Below are positions 1 to 10,957 of a DNA stretch of 54,294 nucleotides, piece after piece. The translations under genes were made by a program, and so were the position numbers. Location of the stretch: contig ML992533.1 in the NCBI GenBank assembly GCA_010093995.1, forward strand, positions 1 to 54,294, given 5' to 3'. Within the stretch, counting starts at the first letter, position 1. The number at the start of each line of letters is the position of its first letter. The notes below the pieces were generated by a model, which was given only the letters and a program-made list of their open reading frames with translations, was not told the DNA's origin and did no database searches. The stretch is from Elsinoe ampelina (lineage: Eukaryota).

Positions 1-644
1 GAGGTTAAACTAGTAGTAGACATGTCGTTAATAGTAAGCTTTCCTAGCTTACTAGTAATCGAAGATGCTAATAGTAACTTAGAGCGAGAGTTACTCATTA
101 ACCTCGTAGCGTGCTATGCTATAGTAAGGGTAGTTAAAATGTCACGAACTGTCTAAATATAGCCTACGCTAGTGGTCTAAGCTAAGCCGAGAACGAGGTA
201 GTTCTACTTCTATAGTAGTATAGCACTAAGGTAAGAGTCGGAGAAGGTATGTCTTACAGATAATAAAGTACAATTGGATAGTATTACAAAGGCTAGCCTT
301 GGCAATACTAGTGTTCGCTATCTAGACGAGGTTAACTATAGTACTTACATAAGGTAAGGACTGTTCCTATATGCATATGTTCTCTATCGCGTACTCTGTG
401 TGCTCTATGTGCTCCGTAGCGAAAGCTAGGGGCAGCACAGAGTATATGTCTACTAGTAACCTGCGCGCTCTATAGTCTCTAGAGTAGAGCCGCTAGAGAA
501 GACAGAGAACCGGGTGAACGTCGGGCCAGGTCACGTGATAACCTTGGCGGTTTGGTTAGTCCTAACGTCCCTGCGCTCTAGCTGTCCTACTAGTTCGTAA
601 CACTCCTAGTAGCTCTAACCCCCTTCCGCGCGGATATCTATAGA

Positions 645-1349
645 AAGAAGCGTAAGGCCGAGAAGGCCGCTAGGTCTCCGGAGCCTAAGAAGCCTATTAA
701 GCCCGCTACTCCTAAGAAGCCTAAGGCTAAGAAACCCGCCACCCTAGCTAAGAAGCCTGCCGCATTCTCTAGTAAGGGCACCTAGGCTACTACGCCGGCT
801 ACCTCTGTCCGCCGCTCTTCCCGCTTGAACTATAACACCGACATGGCCGACGCTAACGCTAACAGCGATAACGAGAGCTTCGTCTCTCCTAGCAGCACCA
901 TTAGGCGCAATCTGCCTACGAGTGTCTAAGCCCGCGAAGCTTCCGCTAGTAATCTAGTTAGCTCCCGCGCTAGTTCCGTAGTCGACTACTTCGCTCTCGA
1001 GACTCGCTCCCTCGCGTCCTTTAGTGGCGATAAGGCTCGTTAGCGTTACGTCGACCTACTAGCCGAGTCTCTTAAGCTCCCTAAGGGCAGCAACGCTCGT
1101 TAGGCCGCAGCCGACCGCCGCCGCGCCGTTAGGCACTTCCTCGTCACTGTCCTCTCTATAGATAATCTCCGCACCTTCGCTGTTAGTACCTACGAGATGC
1201 CTAACTTTAGCAACAAGACTATAGAGGATCTAGTGGCTTATAAGGCTAACCTGCAGCTAAGGTCTAGGGCAGAGGACCCCGTCGTCGCCGCCTACTAGGA
1301 TGCGTACAAGGATGCCCTCTACGCCGCTAAGTAGAGTGGCACTAAGTAA
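645..1349 (+). pseudogene. RIP-degraded antisense ORF 3' of Gypsy pol; K/P/A-rich N-terminus followed by a helical-looking region
   Basis: One frameshift-free frame reads KKRKAEKAARSPEPKKPIKPATPKKPKAKKPAT...VRHFLVTVLSIDNLRTFAVSTYEMPNFSNKTIEDLVAYKANL. Internal stops at 783, 927, 1041, 1101, 1296 and 1332 are all TAG/TAA, revertible to CAG/CAA/TGG. Confidence 0.7.
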
Positions 1350-1429
1350 GACTAGGTAGTTGGTGCCCTAAGCGTAGAGTTAGAGAGTTACGGCAGATAG
1401 ATTCTTAGAATACATAGTCTGCACTACCC

Positions 1430-4400
1430 GTGTTTACCTCTGCGCTCTCTTCGTGACTCTTCTGTTAGCCTTCTAGCCGACGTCCGCCTAGTACTTAGTT
1501 ACCACCTCCGAGGCATTCTCTAATGCCTCTTCTAGTTCCTAGGTCGCCTCTAATAGGGCATAGCCTTTCTAGAGCACCTTTAGGAACGTGCCTTCTTTCC
1601 GCCGACTATACTCTAGGATCCGCTCTACCTCGTATTCTATACTATCGTCCACCTCGACCGGCCTAGGATCTACCTCGGCACCCCCACGGGGGTTATACGG
1701 CTTAAGTAAGGAGATGTAAAACACGTCGTGGATGCGGGACCCCTCTAGCAACTACAACTAGTACGCCTAGGCTCCTACGGAATCTAGCACCTCGAACGGT
1801 CTAAAGTACTTCGGCGCTAGCTTGTGTTTCGCCACCTTTAGCCTTAGGTTCTTAGTGGATAGGAGAACCCTGTCTTCTACATTAAAGGACATCGGCTTAC
1901 GCCGCTTATTATAGGAGTCCTTCTACCACTCCTAAGCTTACTTCTAGCGCTTCTATAAGCCCTGCCTTATCGAGACTAGAGCAGCTACACGATCTTGCGC
2001 AGCTAGTACTCCCCTCTAAGGGGAACGCCCTCGGTCCTTATTCGGATCCCCCTCGGCATCCTTACTAGTGTACATCTCGAACGGGGACATTTACAATGTC
2101 TCGTTCTAGGAGATGTTTGCCGCGTAAGTCGCTATCTTCAACTAGCGAGACTAATCCGATTGGTCCTGCGCTCCGTAACAGCGTAGATACTAGATTAAGG
2201 ATCTGTTTTGTCGTTCTATTTGTCTATCCGTTTAAGGGTAAAAAGCAGTCGACAAACGCCTTACGAATCGCAATTCGTAGGCAAACGTTTACTAATAGGC
2301 CGCAGTAAAGACCGTTCTATAGTCTAACACCACTCCTTCTAGAACACTGTGCTCTAGTACAATTCGATCGAAAAACAGCTCGGCAAGCTACTAGGCCGTG
2401 ATCGTCTTCTAGCACGGGATATACTTCACTATCTTAGTGAGTCGATCTACTACTATAAGCACTGCGTCGTACACGACGCTATTTAGCTTGCTTAGAGGCA
2501 TATCCGTGATAAAGTCTATTGTTAACTCTTTCTATAGCGCCTTAGGCATTAGCAAATTTGCAAGCTCACTGTAAGGGGTATAGGTCCGAGTCTTTATAGT
2601 TTAGCAAACATGGCACGTCTTGACGTAGTTATCGACGTTGTGATATATGCTAGGCTAGTAGTACTTTCTAGCTAAGAGTTTATGTGTTTTGTCACGAGCG
2701 AAGTAACCACTATTAAACTTATCGTGGTGCTGCTATAGCAACTCCGCATAGAGTGCTACATCTTCCGGCACATATACGGCATCGTCCTTATATAGAAGTT
2801 TGCCCTTTCGATGCTATACCGAGGAGCCTCCGTTAGCTCTCTAAATAGGGGGGTTCGCGCGCCGCTGCGCTATCGAATCCTGCTTCTATAGACTACAGAT
2901 AGCTTCGAGAAGCTAGTTGCTAGGACTCTCTCTCTATAGATTTTCCTCTTCTATTACCGCTACGGTAGTAACACGAGGCATTAATCTCGGCATCGTGCCT
3001 AATTGGTATAGCCTTGCCTCCCTGCGCTTTAACTACTTGCTTTGCAGCTAGTCAGGCCGGTTAGCTTCTAGGGAACCACCCCTAGTGTCCTTAGCGTCTT
3101 CTTCGTGTTCGGACTCATTTTCCGGAAACCCCTCGGGGTCCCTCTAGTCCTCGTTCGCGTCTAAACAACCGGTGCGCACTACGCGGACAGTCGCGTCTAC
3201 GCCTTCTTCTAAAGTGGCGCCCTTTAAGCGTTCCAGCAAGGATACGTAGATCCGCCGCACTGCACCGCCTACGGCTAGCCGGCTAGCCCCTAGCTTCGAC
3301 TACAAAGTTAGTAGGCTATTTGTAAGGCCTGTCTCGTCTACTATTAGGTCCGGACGACGTAAGGGAGCATCCGCCGGGTTCTTAGAGCCCGCGCGGTACT
3401 TAATCACAAAGTTAAATACCTGTAGATACATAGCCCACCGGGCTTAGCCACCGTTTAAATGCTTAGTCGTCATGAAGTACCTTAGGTTGTTATAATTAGA
3501 GATTACCTAGACTAGGTCCGGAGCACCCTCGTAGTAGTGTCTCCACTACTTAAATGCCTTTACAATAGAGAGAAGCTCCTAATTATAGGTCTCGTAGTTC
3601 TATTCTGCAGGGAGCAGCTTACGAGACTAGAAAGCAATAGGGTGCCATTTACTAGTGTCCCTAACCGGAACTAACTAGGAGATAATTGCTCCGAGCGCTA
3701 GCTTAGACGCGTCGGTCTCGATCTTAATTGGCCTAGACGGCTCGTAGTGCCTAAGCACCGGCGCCTTAGTAAAGGCCTTCCGGATAGCCTCGAATGCCTT
3801 TTGTTCCGGGGCAGCCCACTTCTAGAGTGCCGATTACTTTCCTTTCTACGACCCCTTAAATAACGCTATTAAGGGCCCTACGATCTTTAAATAGTTCCGG
3901 ATAAACCTTCGATAGAAGTTAGCAAAGCCGAGAAACTACTAAACCTCGTGGTAGCTCCTAGGGGTCGGCTAATCCGCGATTGTAGAAACTCTCTAGGGGT
4001 CTATCGTAACCCCCTCGGTAGTCACTACGAAGCCTAAGAACTCGACTTCCTTTTTGAAGAAGTTACACTTCTTTAGGTTCGCGTATAACGCGAACTGCCT
4101 TAACCTCTCTAGCACCTTCTCTAGGTGCTTCTCGTGCTCCTCTATAGAGTTGCTATAGATTAGAATATCGTCTAAATACACTATATAGAAGTCATCGACT
4201 AGCCCCGCGAGTGCTTAGTTGATGTAGGCCTAGAACGTGGCCGGGGCGTTAGTTAAGCCGAAAGGCATAACTATGTACTTAAAGTGGCCGTAGCGAGTTC
4301 GGAAAGCAGTTTTCTACTCGTCTCCGGCCTTGATCCTAATACAGTAGTACGTATCCTTTAGATCGAGCTTGAAGTACACTGCCGCTCCACCTAGCCTATC

Positions 4401-6470
4401 GAGCGTCTTGCTAATTAAGGGCAAAGGGTGTCGATTCTTGATGGTAATAGCGTTTAAGCCACGGTAGTTAACGTATAGGCGTAGACTGCCGTCTTTCTTT
4501 AGAACGAAAAGGATTAGCGCGCTAGCTAGACTCTCCGACCTGCGGATCTATCCTTTAGCTAGCGTATTATCGAGGTACTCACGGAGCACCGCGAGTTCCT
4601 TCGCCGAGAGGTTATAAAGGGGTCGGAAGGGAGGTTGTTTCCCTTCCGTTAGATCGATAGGGTGCGCTACACCGTCTATGGCACGCATGCGTATAAGGTC
4701 GATAATAAACACGTCGCTAAACTCTTTCACGCAGGGCGGCAGGTTTGTAGCCCCGCTAGGTGGCTCCTCTATAGAGGATCCGGCCACCTTCCGAACTATC
4801 GCATCTAGTGTCGTATCGGACACCACTAGAGCAAATCCTTAGTTCCTAGCGAGCAGGAGGTTCATAAACTTCTTCGCTCGCACTGCTCTAACGCTAGCGA
4901 CGTCATAGCTATATCTCTACTAGTTAGTATAGCTGTCTATTACAACACCTTAGTTATAACGTCACGGCCTACTAAGGATAATAGGAGGGCTAGTTTCTAA
5001 CGCATAGAAAACGCCTTTCGACTCTCGCGTCACCCCGGTGTCGTCTATGAGGCGTAAGTCTACTTCGTAGGCGCTATAACAGTAAGCCTCCTTTCCCTAG
5101 AAGCCCCTTACCTAAGGGTACTCTACGTCTACCTTTCGTAAGTTGTGCTAGAGTACAAACGCTAGGTTAATAACGTTAACATCGGCTGCGTCATCTAAGA
5201 GCACCTTAACCTCGACCTTACTATCGGGGCTAAGAACTAGGCTCGAGCGAGCCTGTGCCGGAAGCACTACGGGAGCCCTATAGCTCCGAGGCAGGCTCCT
5301 CTAGCGTCCCGCAACGTGTCACGCAGGTACGGGCGTGCCGCCCTCCGCCTTTACGTTCCTAACGTTACTGCCTCCCTCGCCACTGCCGTTCCAGCTCGAA
5401 TCTAGCTTCTTAGGACAGGAGTAGGCGTAGTGCCCTTTCTTATAACAGTGGAAACACTTGCCTATAGGACCCCCTCGGGGATCGTTTCCGCCGCCGGCCT
5501 AACAGCTAGCCCTCTAGTAAGCACCTCCCTACTAGCCCTTGCCCTTGCCCTTGCCCTTCTACTTGTCTCCTCTCTCGCCCCTAGAGCGCTTCCCGCGATC
5601 GCTGCCGGACGCCTCTAGGGAGGCTCCGCAGCGCTTCTGTTAGTTGCAGTCTTCGCTCTAGGCAAGGTTCTCGAGGGTAGAGGCTTATATAACAAGCTCC
5701 GCACGAGTGGTCGGTACATTAGAGGACTATAGGATCTACTTACGCAGATCGGGCAACAGTTTGGCCAGGTAGTACTAAGCTAGGTGCTTGCTATTGTACT
5801 TCGGCTCGATTATCTCTTCTAGAGATACTAATCGATCGGAGAACTTCTAGGCGCTCTCGTTGTTCTTCTAGCGGCAGCTGTGATAGGATAGAACCGCGTT
5901 TATCTCTCGGTTGACAGGGTCTTCTACTTGATCGTTAACGAAGCTTAAGAAGTCCCCTTCGTACGAGAGACAACGCTAGTTTATCGAGTCCAGCGTGTAG
6001 AGGCGTTCCTACGTCTCCTAGAGAGACGGGGAAAGGTATATTACTACGTAAGTAATGCGTCGTTGGTCCGAACTCTCCGGATTAGAGAACTACGTCGGTT
6101 CGTAGTTAAAGACTATCTAGAGGCTCCTTCTAAAGGCCTAAGCCTCGGAGATGCTCTTGGCCTTATATAGCTCCGGCTCCTTAGCCTTAGTTAATGGCCC
6201 CCTAGTTGTTAGCGTCACAGATTGACCTACAGCAGGCGGACCTATTAATGCTAGCCCCGGAGGTGCTAAAGGAACTACTTCGGTGGTCATCCGGCCTCTA
6301 GCCGGAGTAGCACTAGCATATTGAAGTCGATTGCGGTCCCGCACTGAATTTTCGACTTTGTCTAGCCGGGCTATTATTGCTTCCAACATGACAGCTACGC
6401 GGCTGCTATTGCTGCTAGTGGGAGTATGCCTCTCTCGGCTATCTCCGTTATCTCCTAGCTCTTTCGACAT
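1430..6470 (-). mobile_element. Ty3/Gypsy (chromovirus) LTR retrotransposon gag-pol, inactivated by RIP
   Basis: Minus-strand motifs in Gypsy order: gag start MSKELG (6470); CCHC knuckle CFHCYKKGHYAYSC (~5415-5457); protease region VKVLLDD (~5200) and IILSRP (~4970); RT PFRPLYNLS, PFGLTNAPATF and YLDDILIYS (~4150-4620); RNase H IETDAS (~3710); integrase HHCC (~2610-2730); chromodomain YEVERIL (~1620). ORF-track fragments 6470, 4826, 4181 and 1751 share one frame. Confidence 0.95.
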
Positions 6471-6560
6471 TCTCGACTAAGGACGCGAGACGTCCTCGAT
6501 AATGCCGCTGTCTGTCCGGACGGGTTCCGAATTAGGACGATCTTACATGATTTAATCGTC

Positions 6561-6829
6561 TATAGTGATGATTCTATAGGCTGCGACTAAAGGGAGCTAT
6601 TAGAACTATAAGGGTAGGTGTATAGCAACGTATAGAACCACTAATATCCACAAGCTAGATAGATGGATGAACTAATAGCTGCCTTTATTCGTGGCGGCCG
6701 GAGGCCGTATAGAAGGCAGCTAGAGAGGGTTCGTCACGTGACAGACTTAGCCGGAGCTACATACCGAGTCTCCCCTACACGTATAGGTCACCTAAAGGGC
6801 CGAAGCTAGCTAGACTCTAAATCCTTATA
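6561..6829 (-). repeat. Candidate 5' LTR of the Gypsy element (boundaries uncertain)
   Basis: Lies just upstream of gag. Minus-strand AATAAA at ~6684. Ends read TATAAGG...CACTATA, consistent with RIP-altered TG...CA termini. No second copy found in the window. Confidence 0.3.
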
Positions 6830-6855
6830 ACTAATTAGAAGTGTCACTGTTCACG

Positions 6856-6973
6856 GTAGATACTATAGTAGATACTATAGTAGATACTATTATACTACGG
6901 TGGATACTATAGTAGATACTATAGTCTATGCTATAGCAGGTACTATAGTGGATACTATAGTATATACTATAGT
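6856..6973. repeat. Degenerate tandem repeat, ~12-bp unit (TAGATACTATAG), about 9-10 copies
   Basis: tagatactatag tagatactatag tagatactat... tggatactatag tagatactatag; variants differ mainly by transitions. Confidence 0.8.
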
Positions 6974-7534
6974 TGGTGCCAAGGCTTGGCAAGCCTCTGT
7001 CTACTAGAGACAGCTTAGTAGTCTTTGGGATAACAATACCTTACTATAGTTGCAAGCTTCTAAGCTAAGTACTTAATAAGAAGCTAGCACCTTATTCCTA
7101 AAAATCCTTATAACATAGGCCCTCTATAGTATGTCTACATAGCGTCTAATTGTTTTAAACAAAAGCAGCTATTAGTTTAACAACCTATCTAGCCTATAGA
7201 TAACTTGGCTCTATACATTGCTATATACTACTATTATATTAGGTTAGGACCTACTTCTTAGCCTATAACACTATATACTTATCCTTATAACTATAGTATA
7301 GGAACAAGATATTATAGAGCATAAAAATAGAGTAAGTATACTAGCGTAGTAGTAGAAGCCTGATTTTGCAGTGGTCCCTACTAAGAAGCATAGAAAGGTG
7401 AACCTTTAGCATCTGTGACAGACTGTCAAGCTTGCTGATGTCATTGCTCGTACCAAAATTGCTGCAATTATGATGTTTTGAATTTGCATCAAAAATTGGC
7501 TTGCACACAATTCATCGTTGGATGTTGCACTTCT

Positions 7535-7614
7535 GGTCGGGTGGTGTAGTGGTTATCACGTTTCGTTTACATTCTGAACCGAAAAGGCCGCGAGTTCAAT
7601 CCTCGCCCTGATCA
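7535..7614 (+). tRNA. tRNA-Val (anticodon TAC) with 7-nt intron 7572-7578
   Basis: Acceptor stem GGTCGGG/CCTGATC; A-box TGGTGTAGTGG; anticodon arm TTTCG-TT TAC A[ttctgaa]C-CGAAA; T-arm GCGAG TTCAATC CTCGC; T5 Pol III terminator follows. Removing the intron gives 73 nt. Confidence 0.92.
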
Positions 7615-8005
7615 GCTTTTTGCTCGTTTCTTTTTGGCTCACCACCTTAGCATGGTCAAAGTGTCCTTGATGGGGCCACTGAGGATAGAGAAGCATACAC
7701 GACACGATTGAGTAATGGACATGTCAGTCCCAACCGCAATCCAGCCGTACCAGCAATAAGCCATTAAAGGTATACCTTGATGCATGTCGAGACATTTCAT
7801 GATCTCCAACACAGAGAACTTCCATCGCCAGTAGCAAGATAGTGGTAGATGACCATGCCCCATGTACTAGGTGCCTACGACGCAAAAGCTACATACATTA
7901 CATAGGAGACATTGTCAGGCATACACCTTGATCCGCTATTATCGGTGCATACAAAGAGCCCATACGTTTCGCTCGTAAAAGACGGCTCGTGAAAGAGGAA
8001 GCAGA

Positions 8006-8716
8006 TCATTCCGTGGGCCGAGCAGGGACTGCTGCAATGGCGTTCCTTCCTATCAAGACTGTAGTCAATGTCGGACATGGTAATGGTGTAGGCGATCGGT
8101 CGACGCCATCGCATGAGTTCGCATCGAAGCACCTGGGTAATACTCAGCGAGGACTGAGTTATTGCTTAGAACTCTACTTACCCTCCCCATCGCATGTAGC
8201 AGGAGTTGATGCCATCGACACACACGGATCGTGTAATACAAGCAGTTGTCCATGACGAGCTCATCACAGTGCCTTTGGCCTTTGTGCTTGCCGCTTTCGG
8301 TACAATGGTCGACTTAGTAGGCGTTTTCTCTGAGATGCTGTCAGATCATGGCCTGGTCGTTGCCGGACGACGCACTCTTCAGTGTTGACGTGCTCGCCTG
8401 TAGCAAGTCCCGCTTCTCTCTTGCACCCTGGTCGAGGCGCAGGGACAACTGCAAGCCGCATGCAGGTTCTGGAAACGCCTCATCGAAGTTGAGCTGGCAG
8501 GCGTCGAAACAGCTGTCATAGTTGAGCACACGTTGACGCATGATCGTCCACCACGAATACATACCCGCCGTAAGTAGATCCACAAGCATTCGTCCTGGTC
8601 TGGCAACTCTGGCATGAGTTCCAAAGTCTGTCCCAAGTTTTGAAAGCCGCTGCCATGTAGCCCTTGCCCATGAGTAAGACCAGCATAGGCAGAACAAATG
8701 ATTGTTTGGGTAGCAT
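8006..8716 (-). CDS. Putative secreted cysteine-rich protein with two Cys modules; exons 8716-8565, 8512-8376, 8329-8182, 8132-8006
   Basis: Three GT-AG introns (52, 46, 49 nt) join into one ORF of about 187 aa. It has a signal-peptide-like start MLPKQSFVLPMLVLLMGKGYMAAA, module 1 CQSCQTRTNACGSTYGGCFDAC, an EKR site, an S/T/K linker and module 2 CITRSVCVDGINSCYMRWGGCFDANSC. Confidence 0.8.
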
Positions 8717-9344
8717 GGTACTAGCTGGGCTGAGGATCTGGGAAGGGGAGTCCTGGCAGGGAGAAGAGGTTGTGTCGGCCTGGATTTGGCTGTAATACAG
8801 CTTGATCAGATCGGTCGCGGGCGTGGACGTACTTCTATGTAACAGGCGGTGGGCGTTAAGTTCCGGAATTCGTCATGGTGGGATGGTCAGGAATGCTCCA
8901 AAGACCATTCCGGGATCTCCAGGAAATCAACGATGCTCACTACTACCATGATTGCTCGCTCAAGCGCTCTGCGTTTCAAATGCAAGGTACACCGCCGAAT
9001 GGCAGATGGGTATGGAAGATCTGCATAAGAGATCGAAGGTCTGTCCAGAGCGTCGCCCTTGCGTTCGGAATCACTCGTACCCGGACGAATCTCAACGCAT
9101 CGTCAATCGGTGATCCTAGAGTCGGATGTCAGAGGGAACAGAGCTGCGAAACCCGGCGATTTGATTGATGCCCGCTTCGTGCCGTCCGATTGTGCATCTG
9201 CTACTGTATAGCAGACGATGATGATGTTGTCGCGGGAAAACTCAGATGAGCGGGATACGCAAAAGACAGAGCGAGGAAGGGGAAGAAATGGGAGATGCCA
9301 TGTGATGCCATACCAGGACGCATTCGCGATACTACCAAATTGGG

Positions 9345-9422
9345 TGAGTCAAGTGCCATCCAACGTTAGGAGTATACTGAAGGTTGGAGTCAACTATCAG
9401 GTTTCAGAGGAAAATGTGACTC
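9345..9422. promoter_or_regulatory. Gcn4/CpcA-type sites upstream of HOM2
   Basis: TGAGTCA at 9345-9351, plus GAGTCA at ~9387 and TGACTC at ~9417, 90-170 bp upstream of an amino-acid biosynthesis gene. Confidence 0.55.
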
Positions 9423-9513
9423 CCAAGGTCCCGGCCTCTGACGACACGCTCTCCCCGCGGTTGTTTGCTCCGACTTCGCTACATCGCTTTTTCCCTCTGT
9501 CAACAACCCCACC

Positions 9514-10794
9514 ATGGATGCACAAAATTTCACCAGCTTGAACCGCAATTTCCCCAAGAAGAAATGTGGTGAGTATGGACAGGCAACCTCCTAACGAGCA
9601 TCACTAAAGATTGACGCAGGAGTTCTTGGAGCAACCGGCTCCGTCGGCCAGCGATTCATCCTGCTTCTTGCTCTACATCCCCATTTCACGCTTCATGCCG
9701 TGGGTGCTTCGGAGCGCTCGGCCGGGAAAAAGTATCGCGATGCTGTGAAGTGGAAGCAGGCATTGCCAATGTCGAAAGAGCTGGGTGAATTGGTGGTCAA
9801 GCGCTGTACCCCTGAAGAGTTCAAGGACTGCGATCTTGTCTTTTCCGGACTGGACAGCGATGTGGCTGGGCAGGTTGGTGAGTGGATGCAATGCTCTGTA
9901 TCCGGTGGGCCTTGATCTGATTCGGTTCGGTAACAGAGATGGACTTCCTCAAAGCGAATCTGGCAGTCTTTTCCAATGCAAAGAACTATCGTCGAGATCC
10001 ACTGGTGCCGTTGGTAGTCCCCACGGTCAACCTTTCCCACATGGATGTCGTACACCACCAGCGAAAGCATCATGGCCTTCAGAAAGGATTCCTCGTCTGC
10101 AACTCGAATTGCGCGGTCATCGGCATCGTCATTCCATTCGCGGCCCTCCAGTCCAAGTTTGGACCCGTGGACCAGGTCTCAGTTGTGACCATGCAGGCGG
10201 TATCTGGAGCGGGCTACCCCGGGGTGAGCAGTATGGATATAATCGACAATGTCGTACCCTTCATATCTGGAGAGGAGGATAAGCTCGAGACTGAGGCACA
10301 GAAGATCTTAGGCAAGGTCAACGCAGAGTACACTGAATTTCAGGACCAATCGGACTTGAAGATCTCAGCCGCTTGTAATCGGGTCCCAGTGCTGGATGGT
10401 CACACGGCTTGCGTCTCGCTCCGGTTCCAGAAACGCCCACCTCCATCTGCGGAAGATGTCAAGGCTGCCATGAGGGAGTACGTATCAGAAGCACAGAAGA
10501 TTGGCTGTCCATCAGCACCAGATAACGCGATCGTGGTCATGGACGAGCCGGACAGGCCCCAACCCAGATTGGACAGAGAGACCGACAGGGGGTATGCGGT
10601 GAGCGTAGGGAGGGTAAGAGAGGACGAGAGCGGCATCTTCGATATCAAATTCGTTGCTCTGAGCCATAATAGTGCGTTCCAACCTCATGGGCTTCATCTT
10701 ACGACCTGTCCGCTGACATTGTGTAGCTGTAATTGGTGCCGCCGGATCTTCTATCCTCAATGCCGAAGCAGCTGTCATCAAAGGTCTAGCGTAG
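9514..10794 (+). CDS. HOM2: Aspartate-semialdehyde dehydrogenase; introns 9569-9619, 9878-9936, 10672-10726
   Basis: [13 protein letters not shown]ossmann motif, NSNC catalytic Cys, [38 protein letters not shown]. Confidence 0.95.
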
Positions 10795-10957
10795 GCTACC
10801 TGGTATCAAGAACTCGCGCGACGATGATGGCCACGGCAGTGGCAGTATACAGAACAGATATAACAAATCGGATTGCCAACAATGCGCGGGTCGTCGTGAT
10901 ATTACGAATATCAATAGTGGGCTTCCCTCGTGCCTATCATCTCATATCCAACAATTA

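Larger units (their letters stand above)
1..7420. repeat. RIP-mutated repeat/transposon block
   Basis: Visible strong excess of TpA (ctag, tata, ctata) and depletion of CpA/TpG. Former coding frames are riddled with TAG/TAA stops. Composition switches to normal at ~7420. Confidence 0.9.

Noticed and set aside
140..540. TGTCAC at 140 as the start of the matching 3' LTR
   Set aside because: No recognisable similarity to 6560-7420 and no target-site duplication. The second LTR is probably outside the window or belongs to another element.
6856..6973. CRISPR-like or telomeric interpretation of the tandem repeat
   Set aside because: No spacers, eukaryotic context, and the unit is not TTAGGG-like.
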